From an uncultured archaeon (GTDB lineage: Archaea > Asgardarchaeota > Thorarchaeia > Thorarchaeales > Thorarchaeaceae): a stretch of 60,982 nt of DNA. Under the pieces are notes generated by a model. The model worked only from the letters and a program-made list of their open reading frames with translations. It was not told the DNA's origin and ran no database searches. A program made the position numbers and the translations under genes. The stretch covers positions 1 through 60,982 of the forward strand of contig CAZSWP010000022.1 in the NCBI GenBank assembly GCA_964610875.1, in the 5' to 3' direction. Below are positions 11,815 to 21,381 of this stretch, one piece after another (the stretch's first letter is position 1; every line of letters begins with the position of its first letter).

Positions 11815-13011
11815 CTAGAGATGAAAAGCTTCTCTTAAACAGACATATAGGGTGCGGAGTAAAATCCCCCTCTTGTCGAGTTTGTCATCAGATGATTCTG
11901 CCATTGCTTGTGAAACCATGCTTTGGAGTTTTTCATCTCGCTGACCTATTTCGAAAAGAGTCGATGCTATAGGACTGGTGAATATTTTTTGTATCCTGAC
12001 AAGAGGTCCGAATTCATATCCAAAATCATTCCGCCAAGCCCTTTCATATTTTTGCAAGTCTTTACTAGATAATCTGTCCTCTTGGATAAAATCGTTCAAC
12101 ACCTTAGCAGCAATTTTAGAAGCTTGCATAGCATAAGCAATTCCCCCACCTGTCATGGGATTTACCATACCCGCTGAGTCCCCAATCAGTATACACCTAT
12201 CACTGATGGTTTTTTCCAATGCTCCTCCGGTTGGTACGAGCGCACCTCTTACATCCATCAAGGTTATTGAATCTGGGAGGAGTGAATCTTTCTTGACAAC
12301 TCTTACAAAGCTATCAAATAACTTTGGCAAACCCATTGCATGTGTACCTACAAAGCCTATTCCAACATTTACAGTCATTCTCTTTGGAAATAACCAACCA
12401 TAACCTGGTAGTCCAAATGGATTTGCATAGAAATGATATTCCAATTCTTCACCATACGTTTCCTTAATGAACTCTGGATTTAGGGGAACTTCCATAACCC
12501 TACATGCTGTAATGGAATTGCTTGCCCAACGAGTATTCAGCTCTGTTTTTCTTGCAACAATGCTGTTTGAACCATCTGCTCCTATAATTATCCTTGCACG
12601 AGTTTCATTTCCATGATTTGTCATGACCGAAACAAATTCCTGGGTAAATGAAATTTCTTTTACTCTTGTATTTTGGATAACATTTGCTCCAGCATCGCAC
12701 GCTTCTTCATAGAGAACATTATCAAACACTTCTCTAAGAGTAACTGCCATGTCTACTTGACCTTTCAAAATCGTCATTCTATTCGGAGAATGTAAAACTC
12801 CTGTACGGCAAATGCCTTCAAGAAATTCACACTCTCTCTTTCTAAGATAGGGAAATTCTCTAATCAGGTTATAAGAGAATCCTCCACCACATGGCTTATC
12901 TCTTGGAAAAACATCCTTCTCAAACACAAGTACATCATGTCCAAGTTTAGCTAGATATCTAGCAACTGTTGCTCCAGCTGGACCACAACCTACAATAACT
13001 ACATCATGCAT
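11815..13011 (-). CDS. Geranylgeranyl reductase family FAD oxidoreductase
   Basis: DVVIVGCGPAG, PRDKPCGGG, IIGADG, GYGWLFPK, GDSAGMVNPMTGGGI. Confidence 0.9.
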   Translation of the reverse strand: MHDVVIVGCGPAGATVARYLAKLGHDVLVFEKDVFPRDKPCGGGFSYNLIREFPYLRKRECEFLEGICRTGVLHSPNRMTILKGQVDMAVTLREVFDNVLYEEACDAGANVIQNTRVKEISFTQEFVSVMTNHGNETRARIIIGADGSNSIVARKTELNTRWASNSITACRVMEVPLNPEFIKETYGEELEYHFYANPFGLPGYGWLFPKRMTVNVGIGFVGTHAMGLPKLFDSFVRVVKKDSLLPDSITLMDVRGALVPTGGALEKTISDRCILIGDSAGMVNPMTGGGIAYAMQASKIAAKVLNDFIQEDRLSSKDLQKYERAWRNDFGYEFGPLVRIQKIFTSPIASTLFEIGQRDEKLQSMVSQAMAESSDDKLDKRGILLRTLYVCLREAFHL

Positions 13012-13038
13012 TGTTTCACTTCTTTCACTATTGGTCTT

Positions 13039-13959
13039 TCACGTTTCTTTAGGTGACTTCAGATAAACTTCAAAAATGCCCTGCCAAATATCACTTCCTT
13101 CAGCAAGTTTGATGAGCATGTCTCCACCCATATTCACAGCTACTGCTTGATTTTTCTTCTTCTTCCATATATCACTAAAAATAAGTGAATGCATATTGTT
13201 TTGGAAATCACTAGTGACTCGTGAAATATTATTTTCAACATAGGCTTCATCAATACCTAGAGGTGACATGTCTCTAGTACTCTTGAACATTCGTTCTTCA
13301 CTTACTGCTCCTATCTTCTTATCAAATGTATATCCCAAGCCTCCAACAAAATGAAATATTCCTAATGGAACAAATGGGCTATCTCCAACCACAATCATAC
13401 TACCATCTTTCAAAACAATATACTCAGGAGATGCAACATTGAAGGGAAGTGCAGCAGCTTCTGCGGAGACTTCATCCAGTTTTAGCTGTTTGGAAAGGAA
13501 ATAATCCAATGTATGAATCTTCCCTGCAAATAGGAATGGAGTGAATAGACCCAAGTGGATGATATTCTTTGCTTTGCGTAAAACAACTTCAATTATCTGT
13601 TGACATCTTTTCAGAAAGACAACTCGTTCATCTTTTGTTTCTAAGATTCCTCTAGCATTGATCACAACTTTGAGATAATCTAGATTTTTCATTTTCTCAA
13701 TAATGCATCGAGATAGAAAGGTCGTGTCTGACGTTTCAAGAAAACCTTCGGTTTTCGCTAACTCGGAGGGAATTGGATTTCCAAGATATACTTGTCTTGG
13801 GTCGCGAATACCCTTTTCTTTGAAGAACAATCCTACATCTAATCCTTGACGCCTAATGTCTGCAAGCTGCCGAACGAAGACACCAATAGGAATGACCTCT
13901 TTTGTTCTTACCTTTTGATATATCTGTGAATATCTTGAGAATATGTCTTTTCTTGACAT
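13039..13959 (-). CDS. Hypothetical protein
   Basis: 306-aa ORF co-oriented with neighbours; no recognised motif. Confidence 0.7.
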   Translation of the reverse strand: MSRKDIFSRYSQIYQKVRTKEVIPIGVFVRQLADIRRQGLDVGLFFKEKGIRDPRQVYLGNPIPSELAKTEGFLETSDTTFLSRCIIEKMKNLDYLKVVINARGILETKDERVVFLKRCQQIIEVVLRKAKNIIHLGLFTPFLFAGKIHTLDYFLSKQLKLDEVSAEAAALPFNVASPEYIVLKDGSMIVVGDSPFVPLGIFHFVGGLGYTFDKKIGAVSEERMFKSTRDMSPLGIDEAYVENNISRVTSDFQNNMHSLIFSDIWKKKKNQAVAVNMGGDMLIKLAEGSDIWQGIFEVYLKSPKET

Positions 13960-14110
13960 TAATCCACATCCCTATATAGTATCAGAAGATAATCGTGGTT
14001 CTTATCTGTTGTTCTTGAGTAACATTATGCAAGCCGTAAACTATTAAGGCGGTATGTAAACGCCTGTGGCAGACCACCATCAAAGACAGTCTGACATATG
14101 GTGAAACTGA

Positions 14111-14419
14111 ATGGAACGAAAAAATTTGGGCATATTATTCGCATTGATTGGGATAGGAATTTTTCTTGTTTCGCTATTTGTCTTCTTACCTATAACGGAG
14201 TTCTACTTACTTGCTCTCATTCTATTGTTTATTTCAGTAGTGCTTATTGGGGTTGGGGGTGCACTAGTGAAGGAATTTGATGGGAATGGCACTCTTGAGA
14301 TTGCTTCTGATGAATGCCATTATTGTAATGGTTCGGGGCTAGTGGGCAATTCTGAAGATAGACAGAAATGTCCAAGATGTGGTGGCACGGGTCTTGCCCG
14401 TCCAGAGGATTATCAATAG
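14111..14419 (+). CDS. 2-TM protein with DnaJ-type zinc-finger repeats
   Basis: Two hydrophobic helices followed by CHYCNGSG and CPRCGGTG (CxxCxGxG). Confidence 0.75.
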   Translation: MERKNLGILFALIGIGIFLVSLFVFLPITEFYLLALILLFISVVLIGVGGALVKEFDGNGTLEIASDECHYCNGSGLVGNSEDRQKCPRCGGTGLARPEDYQ

Positions 14420-14446
14420 TCAAATTCGAAAAATGAGGACTTTTCA

Positions 14447-15142
14447 ATGATGCCAATTGTTGTTGGACATCGTGGAGCCTCAGGATTAGTACTAGAAAAT
14501 ACAATTCTATCCTTTCAGAAAGCTATTGCATTGGATATTGAAATGGTGGAATTAGATGTCCAAGATACTTCTGATGGTGAGATTGTAGTATTTCATGATT
14601 TTGATCTATCTCGCCTAACCGGAGAACCATTTCTTATTAATGACCTAGAACTACGAGAAATCTCAGAGATAAAACTTGCAGGTGGACTCTCTATTCCCAC
14701 GTTAAAGGAAGTCTTAGAGTTATGCCATGGAAGAATAGATGTCAATATAGAAATAAAGAAGCCCGGTATTGAAAACGAGTGTCTAGAAATTGTAAGGTCT
14801 AAGGGAATGATGGATCATGTTATCTTCTCATCTTTCTTCCAAGCATCTCTAAATGATATTAGAGCCTATGACTCTGATATTGCGATTGGTGTTCTTATCC
14901 AAAAAATTGATGAGAGCTATTTAGATTACTGTAGAGAAATTCATGCGACATCAATCAATCCACCTCACGACATACTAGATGAAGAGAATCTCTCACGATT
15001 GCTTTCTCTTGGTATTCAGGTTTTACCATGGACCGTGAATGAACCTGAGAGAATCGAATACCTTTACAAATCTGGTGTGCATGGTATTATTTCTGATTAT
15101 CCTGATGTAACAAAAACAATCCGGGACGCTCTATTTCGATGA
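14447..15142 (+). CDS. Glycerophosphodiester phosphodiesterase
   Basis: GHRGASG, ENT, VELDVQ..SDG..VVFHD, NIEIK, WTVN, GIISDYP. Confidence 0.93.
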   Translation: MMPIVVGHRGASGLVLENTILSFQKAIALDIEMVELDVQDTSDGEIVVFHDFDLSRLTGEPFLINDLELREISEIKLAGGLSIPTLKEVLELCHGRIDVNIEIKKPGIENECLEIVRSKGMMDHVIFSSFFQASLNDIRAYDSDIAIGVLIQKIDESYLDYCREIHATSINPPHDILDEENLSRLLSLGIQVLPWTVNEPERIEYLYKSGVHGIISDYPDVTKTIRDALFR

Positions 15143-15892
15143 TTGACTAGTTATGTTCGAAATGAAACTAAGAATATACGGAAACATCTCGTATCTTTTA
15201 GGATGACATGTAATAACATGTTCTGCATCCTCAATAACACGAAGTTCTTTTTGTATTGATGAAATTCCTTCAAATACGATTTTTCCACTCTTGGGATTTA
15301 TTGTCTTATCAGCCCCTGATTGAATAATTAGAGTTGGAACAGTAACTTCATCAAGTCTCTTTTTTGCTTCTTTTGATATTTTCAGCAATTGTTGAATGGC
15401 ACTAAGCGGCTCTCGGTCATACTTAGTCCGAGATAAATCGTATAACTCAGGTATGTATGAGAGGTCTATTGTTCTATACTTTTTGAATATTTTAATCAAA
15501 GGCAACAAAGGCGCTAGCGGATTACTAATTTCAATTGCTGGTGATAGTACAATGAGACCATCTATATCATTATGCTCTGCAGCAAGAAGTAACGATAGTG
15601 CCCCGCCTAAAGAAATGCCTGCTACAAAATTGTATTCCGTGTCCCAGCTGCGAATTATCTGGAGCCCTTGTTTCAAAGCATTTTTCCAGTCTTCTCCTGA
15701 AACATGCTCCAAATTTTCGGGGATTGTGCCATGTCCTGGCAGTCGCAGGTTGAAAGAGCTGATTCCCTGTTCTTCAAGAAATTCAGCAACACTTCTCATT
15801 TCGTCTATATCTGCACCGAATCCATGAACCAAAAGAAAAGAAACATTAGCATCTTCGAGCTGTCGTACATAACCGTCAACTCGAAGAGCCAA
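15131..15892 (-). CDS. Alpha/beta hydrolase (carboxylesterase/monoacylglycerol lipase family)
   Basis: LVHGF, LPGHG, GISLGG nucleophile elbow, ADKTI acid, AEH histidine. Confidence 0.9.
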   Translation of the reverse strand: MALRVDGYVRQLEDANVSFLLVHGFGADIDEMRSVAEFLEEQGISSFNLRLPGHGTIPENLEHVSGEDWKNALKQGLQIIRSWDTEYNFVAGISLGGALSLLLAAEHNDIDGLIVLSPAIEISNPLAPLLPLIKIFKKYRTIDLSYIPELYDLSRTKYDREPLSAIQQLLKISKEAKKRLDEVTVPTLIIQSGADKTINPKSGKIVFEGISSIQKELRVIEDAEHVITCHPKRYEMFPYILSFISNITSQSSK

Positions 15893-15913
15893 TGTAGCCC
15901 ACCCAAAGTGAAT

Positions 15914-17887
15914 TTACTGGTGAATTGGAGCTACTACTTCTTCAGGTACTTCTACGACTTCATCAGAAGCTCTTTTGAAGCTGAAACCACTACTTAGCAT
16001 TCCAAGTCTTATTCCAGCTGAGAGCCATCCGATGAATGTTAAGATCTCTAGTCCGGTAACCAAGATTACTAGAAGTGTTATTGCACCTGACACTTGGAGT
16101 GCAGATGGAAAGCCTGAGAAAACAGTCAAGGTATACACAGCAACAATAGCACCAAGAACAATGGCCGTTATAGCTGTCATCCTGATCAGCATTCCTTCAA
16201 TTGGGTTTCCAGTGTCTTCTACTTTTTCTGCAAGATTGAGATTGAGGGAAAGCACCAATACGAAGCTCATGGCATAAAGTGCCAGCATGATAGATGCTGC
16301 TGTCAACGCTTGGTGTGTAACTCCTTTGAATGCAGAAGCTATAATTGGAATTAATAATGCAAATAGCATGCTTATTCCCGCCAAGATATCCTTACCAGTG
16401 ATACCTCTACCATATGCATATCCAACCAAAGCGACATTCCTAACTAATAGGACCATTATTGGAAGTACCATTATAGTGGGTGCCTGTATAACCCTTGAAA
16501 AATCACTGAATAAATCTATGTTAAACCATCTATTTGTAGGCCAAAGCGCAGATGGACCACTTCCAAGTCCTCCTAGCATAATCCAGACAAACAAAGCAGA
16601 AAATGCTAGAGTGACAATCACCGAGAGGGTACCCTGCTGGAAATAAGTAAATCCACGTATTTTAGTTTCCAACATCAAAAAGAACTGTGAAACAATGACA
16701 AGTATGTAGGGTATGATAACAAATTGGGATAGAGAATATGGATGCACGAGTATAAATATAGAAGCAATGACAAGAGGTAGTCCTGTCACAATATCCGTTC
16801 TACCGGCGTATATACCTCCAGCTATGAACATTACTCCCGCTGGACACCAAGTAAGAAATAGTGCCCATCCAGCTACTGATAAACCGAAGTTCGTACCTAC
16901 CATTGCTGCAGTAAAGATGCCTAATGAGGCCAAGAATATCATAAAGAACTTGGAACCACCTTTGATAATATCATCACTCACGTGAGCAACTTTTAGTTCC
17001 TTTTTGCCAAGTCTTGGACCTAATAGAATCCAGAATAGTAAGGCACCACAGAATGCCCATATCAAGGCGGGATTTGTAAGATATTCATAGTTTTCTGCGT
17101 GGGTTGTCCATGGGTACCAAAGAGATACTCCTTCTTGTTCTCCAAGTGCACCATTAAATATTGCAAGAGCACCAATCAGGAAGGTAAGAAAGCCGGTGAC
17201 ACCAAAGGCAAATTTCGCTTTTTCTGGACTTCTTGCAAAGATTCTGATAGATGAAAGTGGGCTCCACCAAAAGAACATTGCAGACAATTGACCTACAGCT
17301 AGAAGGATATAAGCAATGAATACAAAAAGGCTACCAAGAGCTTGTCCAATGCCTAGAAATAGTAAAGCCATTCCATTGAAAATTCCTGCAAAGAATCCTA
17401 TCCATGACTCACTCGCATCAACATAAACTGATGAGAAGAATTGCCATAAAATCAAGAAAATGGCAGTCACGATTGCCAAGTTTTGCACATATGATGCAAC
17501 TTCTGCTGAGTTGTTCCAGTACAATCCACCGTACATAGTTATACCTGCTAATAAGAAACCTACTAGAGCTGTCAGATATCCTACTGATGGGAAGCTGGTT
17601 CCCAATCTTCTTTTTAATTCTGAAGAACCTCTCATCTGAATAAGCAGTCCTAGTGAAAGTAGTCCAATGAATATAGCAGAATTTGTGTAATGAACTGAAT
17701 CTTTCAACAAAGGAGCAAGCATTGAGGGTACTGGAATCAGTGGGTTGCCAGCACCGAACACAAGGCCAAAAGCTGCGGCCGCGAGCCCAATAAGACTGCC
17801 AAAGCCGGCGAGTCTTCCCACGGGTTCGTATTGGTCACCACTTTCTGTAGTTTGGGTGAACATTGATTTTACCGAGACCTGAGACAT
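15914..17887 (-). CDS. Polytopic membrane protein of unknown function (roughly 18-20 TM)
   Basis: 657 aa, almost entirely hydrophobic helices. Confidence 0.8.
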   Translation of the reverse strand: MSQVSVKSMFTQTTESGDQYEPVGRLAGFGSLIGLAAAAFGLVFGAGNPLIPVPSMLAPLLKDSVHYTNSAIFIGLLSLGLLIQMRGSSELKRRLGTSFPSVGYLTALVGFLLAGITMYGGLYWNNSAEVASYVQNLAIVTAIFLILWQFFSSVYVDASESWIGFFAGIFNGMALLFLGIGQALGSLFVFIAYILLAVGQLSAMFFWWSPLSSIRIFARSPEKAKFAFGVTGFLTFLIGALAIFNGALGEQEGVSLWYPWTTHAENYEYLTNPALIWAFCGALLFWILLGPRLGKKELKVAHVSDDIIKGGSKFFMIFLASLGIFTAAMVGTNFGLSVAGWALFLTWCPAGVMFIAGGIYAGRTDIVTGLPLVIASIFILVHPYSLSQFVIIPYILVIVSQFFLMLETKIRGFTYFQQGTLSVIVTLAFSALFVWIMLGGLGSGPSALWPTNRWFNIDLFSDFSRVIQAPTIMVLPIMVLLVRNVALVGYAYGRGITGKDILAGISMLFALLIPIIASAFKGVTHQALTAASIMLALYAMSFVLVLSLNLNLAEKVEDTGNPIEGMLIRMTAITAIVLGAIVAVYTLTVFSGFPSALQVSGAITLLVILVTGLEILTFIGWLSAGIRLGMLSSGFSFKRASDEVVEVPEEVVAPIHQ

Positions 17888-18072
17888 ATCTCATTTCCTC
17901 ACTTTTTGGATGGTCGCCATCTAAACCGGCTACGATAGAATAGTGTATATATCCCTATCGGAGCACGCTGTACATCGTTTTCACTGAAATTTCCTATCTA
18001 AGTACGTTTCGTTTTGTGCGTAACCGTTACTGGTATAAGTATGACCGCCTATAATGTGTGTCGGTGAAAAAC

Positions 18073-18222
18073 ATGGTTGCTGATTTTGATCTTATAATTA
18101 ATGGAAAAAAAATAGCCATGAATGAGTTTGTGAGTGATGTTATCCATGATATTATGGTAGCTCTATTATCAAAACTACACAATGTAGAGCTTGAAAAGAT
18201 AAGAAAGATTGAAGTTGAGTAG
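18073..18222 (+). CDS. 49-aa protein resembling the C-terminal domain of archaeal MobB proteins
   Basis: Manual translation MVADFDLIINGKKIAMNEFVSDVIHDIMVALLSKLHNVELEKIRKIEVE; ggtga RBS-like element upstream; precedes an AOR gene. Confidence 0.65.
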   Translation: MVADFDLIINGKKIAMNEFVSDVIHDIMVALLSKLHNVELEKIRKIEVE

Positions 18223-18255
18223 TTCTTCCAGAAAGTAGCTATAGGAGTACAACTC

Positions 18256-20082
18256 ATGACACACGAATGCTGGCAAAAGAAGATATTATGGATAGATCTC
18301 TCAAATAAAACAGAGTGCGTCGAGGAGATATCCGATGACATCCTTGAGCAGTTCATTGGTGGGAAAGGACTAGGTGCGTATTATCTATATAGAGAGTTGG
18401 ACAAAAATGTAGATCCCCTATCAAAAAGAAATATTCTTCTTTTTCTATCTGGACCTCTCCAAGGACTACCAGCTCCAAATGTAGGAAGATGGAGCGTTGT
18501 TACGAAATCCCCGCTCACCGGACTATTTTTGGATTCGCATTGTGGTGGTGCTGTAGGACGTGAGATTAAACGTAGCGGCTATGATATTCTTGGGGTTCGA
18601 AACCAATCTTCCACTCCTATCATTCTTCGTATTGAAGATGATAACGTCTACTACGATGATGCTAGTGATTTATGGGGTAAGGGTGTATATCAAACCACCA
18701 AATTACTTCACGAAACGTACAGTGACTCACATGTAGTTTATGTTATTGGTCCTGCGGGAGAAAATGAGGTTCGCTTTGCTACTGGTTGTTGTGAGGTCGC
18801 TCATCAGACAGGGAGAGGTGGTGTTGGTGCAGTCATGGGGGCAAAAGGTATCAAAGCTCTCGTAGTGAAAGGTACAAAGAAAATTTCCTCTTTTGATTCC
18901 AAAGGTATTCGAAAAGTCAATAAAGAGTTTGTCGAAAAATGGCAGTCTCTGGATTTTGATTTCAAATATTATGGGACTAGGCATCTGGTCGAAGTTGCAA
19001 ATGCAGTTGGGCAGTTTCCGGCCTATAACTACCGAAGTGGCTATTTCGATAAATATGAGGAACTTGACCATGTTATGATGGAAGAGAAATATGGCTTAGG
19101 AAATCATCATTCTTGTCCTCATTGTATAATGCGATGTACTCATGCTCTTGAAACTGAGAATCCTGAAGATAAAGCAGAAAAAGTAGAATCAATGATTGAG
19201 TATGAAACGCTTGGATTGCTTGGTGGAAATTTGGGTATCAGTGATCCGCAAGGAGTGCTTCAATTAAACTATCTGTGTGACGATCTCGGTCTTGATACAA
19301 TTAGTACAGGTGGAGTTATTGGATTTGCAATGGACCTCTATCAACAAGGTATATTGACTCAACATGATATTGGCTTCTCATTGGAATTTGGAGATATTGA
19401 GGCGGCTATAAAATTAATCAAGTTGATTGCACTAAAGAAGGGTATTGGTGAAACACTATCTCATGGAGTAAAAGTAGCTGCCAATAAGATTGGAGATAAT
19501 TTGGAACAATATGCAGTCCATGTCAAAGGACTTGAAGTTCCTGCTTGGGACCCAAGAGGTCGACTGGGTATGGGTCTACTGTACGCTACTGGAGATATTG
19601 GTGCGAGTCACCTTAGAGGATGGCCGCCGACTTCAGAAGCTCCAGACAAGTCCGTAGTTCCAATAATAGAAGGAATATTGGAGAGCAGAATCGACAAGAC
19701 TCTAAAAGACTGTCTTGTAGTCTGTCATTTCACAAATAGATTGCCCTTGACATTTGACCAAATGATTCGGATGTTGAATTCCGCTTCTGGAATGGATTAT
19801 GATATGGAATCAATAATGGAATTTGGCAAACGTGTTGAAACAATGACGAGAATGTTCAATGTCAGAGAAGGGATTAGTCGGAATGATGATACTCTTCCCA
19901 AGAGATTTTGGGAACCTCAAAAGGATGGGCCTAGGAAGGGAAATGTTTCTTTTAAAAACCAAGAGGATTTTGAAGATAGCCTCTCTAGGTATTATGAACT
20001 TCTCGGCTGGAATGATGATGGAGTCCCCACAAAAAATACACTATCGAACTTGGGATTGTCCAAAATAATTGAAAAGCAATGA
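18256..20082 (+). CDS. aor: Tungsten-dependent aldehyde:ferredoxin oxidoreductase family
   Basis: FIGGKGLG, KSPLTG, GRGGVGAVMGAKGIKA, CPHCIMRC, EYET, CDDLGLDTIS, VKGLEVPAWDPRG. Confidence 0.93.
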   Translation: MTHECWQKKILWIDLSNKTECVEEISDDILEQFIGGKGLGAYYLYRELDKNVDPLSKRNILLFLSGPLQGLPAPNVGRWSVVTKSPLTGLFLDSHCGGAVGREIKRSGYDILGVRNQSSTPIILRIEDDNVYYDDASDLWGKGVYQTTKLLHETYSDSHVVYVIGPAGENEVRFATGCCEVAHQTGRGGVGAVMGAKGIKALVVKGTKKISSFDSKGIRKVNKEFVEKWQSLDFDFKYYGTRHLVEVANAVGQFPAYNYRSGYFDKYEELDHVMMEEKYGLGNHHSCPHCIMRCTHALETENPEDKAEKVESMIEYETLGLLGGNLGISDPQGVLQLNYLCDDLGLDTISTGGVIGFAMDLYQQGILTQHDIGFSLEFGDIEAAIKLIKLIALKKGIGETLSHGVKVAANKIGDNLEQYAVHVKGLEVPAWDPRGRLGMGLLYATGDIGASHLRGWPPTSEAPDKSVVPIIEGILESRIDKTLKDCLVVCHFTNRLPLTFDQMIRMLNSASGMDYDMESIMEFGKRVETMTRMFNVREGISRNDDTLPKRFWEPQKDGPRKGNVSFKNQEDFEDSLSRYYELLGWNDDGVPTKNTLSNLGLSKIIEKQ

Positions 20083-20086
20083 TTCC

Positions 20087-20533
20087 TCAAAACGGGCGTA
20101 GTCTGAAATTTTTACGAAGATACACTTCTTTATGGTGTTCCTCAAATCCAGATTCAGAATATAACTCGATTACATTCATCCGTTTCTCAGTCACCATTGC
20201 ATCAAGAGCGCGTACACCTTTTTCTTCTGCAAGCTCTATGGTCTTTTTCAGCATTTTTTCACCTAAATCTGTTGACTCGAGTTCATCCTCGATTTCAAAA
20301 TGTTGAATGTATCCAATGAGACCTAGTGAAGGATCATTTCCAATGTCGAGTTTTAAAGATGCACAAACCATACTATCAGTAACAGCTACAATGAACATAG
20401 ACTCACGAGCGGTTCCAATGGGCAAAGTTGTAGATGGCTGAATTAATCGTTGAAATCTCATACCTTCTCTAGAATAGAATTCGGAAAGTGCTTTTCTATC
20501 CTTAGCGGTTGCTAGTCTAACCTCGATTGCCAC
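20087..20533 (-). CDS. GNAT family acetyltransferase-like
   Basis: IEVRLATAKD start, GEKMLKKTIELAEEKG, NVIELYSESGF; acetyl-CoA loop degenerate (ESTDLG). Confidence 0.75.
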   Translation of the reverse strand: MAIEVRLATAKDRKALSEFYSREGMRFQRLIQPSTTLPIGTARESMFIVAVTDSMVCASLKLDIGNDPSLGLIGYIQHFEIEDELESTDLGEKMLKKTIELAEEKGVRALDAMVTEKRMNVIELYSESGFEEHHKEVYLRKNFRLRPF

Positions 20534-20616
20534 CGTTCATCCTCCTTAGAGCAACAAAGGAGAGTAAGTGCCGGTTACAAGTCTTTTGCTTGTGTATAAT
20601 GTTGAAAAACTCAAAA

Positions 20617-21381
20617 TTATTGCTGCATGTGTCTATAGAGATCCTTCATGCACTCTGTGAATTTACTATCTGGATGTCGTAGAGTTACAACATATCTACT
20701 TCCTGCCTCAATCAACAAAGGCAGTAGAGGTATTATTGTTGCCACTTTAGTCTTGAACTTTGTTTCTATCTGTTGAACGATATCCTTGTCCTCGTATATG
20801 CTTGGTTTCTTATTGACAACAATATTAATTGCTGGAACTTGAAGTCTTCTTGCTACACTCAATGTTGCTGCAGTTCCTAGTAAATCCTGTTCATCAATAC
20901 GTGCAACTACAAAGAGATAGTCTGCTGTTGCCATGGACAGTAAGGTTTCTCTGTCCAGACCTGGGTGTGTATCAATGATTAGATAATCCAAGTCTTTCTG
21001 TTCAATGACCTCATTGAATCCATTTCTTAAGTCACTTACTTCATAGCCTTCTCTTAAAATGCGTGTGATATCAGTTGCACTCATAGAGCTGGGAATCAAG
21101 AATAGTTTTCCTTGTTTAATGCCGGAAGCCTTCGTAAGATCAATACAAGTGTCTCCTATGTTACATTCTCCCCTCAGATAATCATTTAGAGTATATTTGA
21201 GCTTCTTTCTACCTTGTCCAAAGATAATATGAATTCCCGGTGATGCCATATCTGTGTCCATTACTGCTACTCTCTTGCCATCTAAAGCGACGATAGCTGC
21301 TAGATTCGCAGCAATGTTCGATTTTCCCGTGCCGCCACGGAATGAATGTATACTCACAATTTGTCCAGACATGTTATTCAC
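20617..21381 (-). CDS. MinD/ParA family ATPase
   Basis: Deviant Walker A SFRGGTGKS, DTDMASPG, YLIIDTHPG, VVNK; no obvious C-terminal amphipathic helix. Confidence 0.9.
   Translation of the reverse strand: MNNMSGQIVSIHSFRGGTGKSNIAANLAAIVALDGKRVAVMDTDMASPGIHIIFGQGRKKLKYTLNDYLRGECNIGDTCIDLTKASGIKQGKLFLIPSSMSATDITRILREGYEVSDLRNGFNEVIEQKDLDYLIIDTHPGLDRETLLSMATADYLFVVARIDEQDLLGTAATLSVARRLQVPAINIVVNKKPSIYEDKDIVQQIETKFKTKVATIIPLLPLLIEAGSRYVVTLRHPDSKFTECMKDLYRHMQQ

Noticed and set aside
18027-18356. 109-aa minus-strand ORF
   Set aside because: Overlaps the AOR start and the better-supported 49-aa plus-strand ORF
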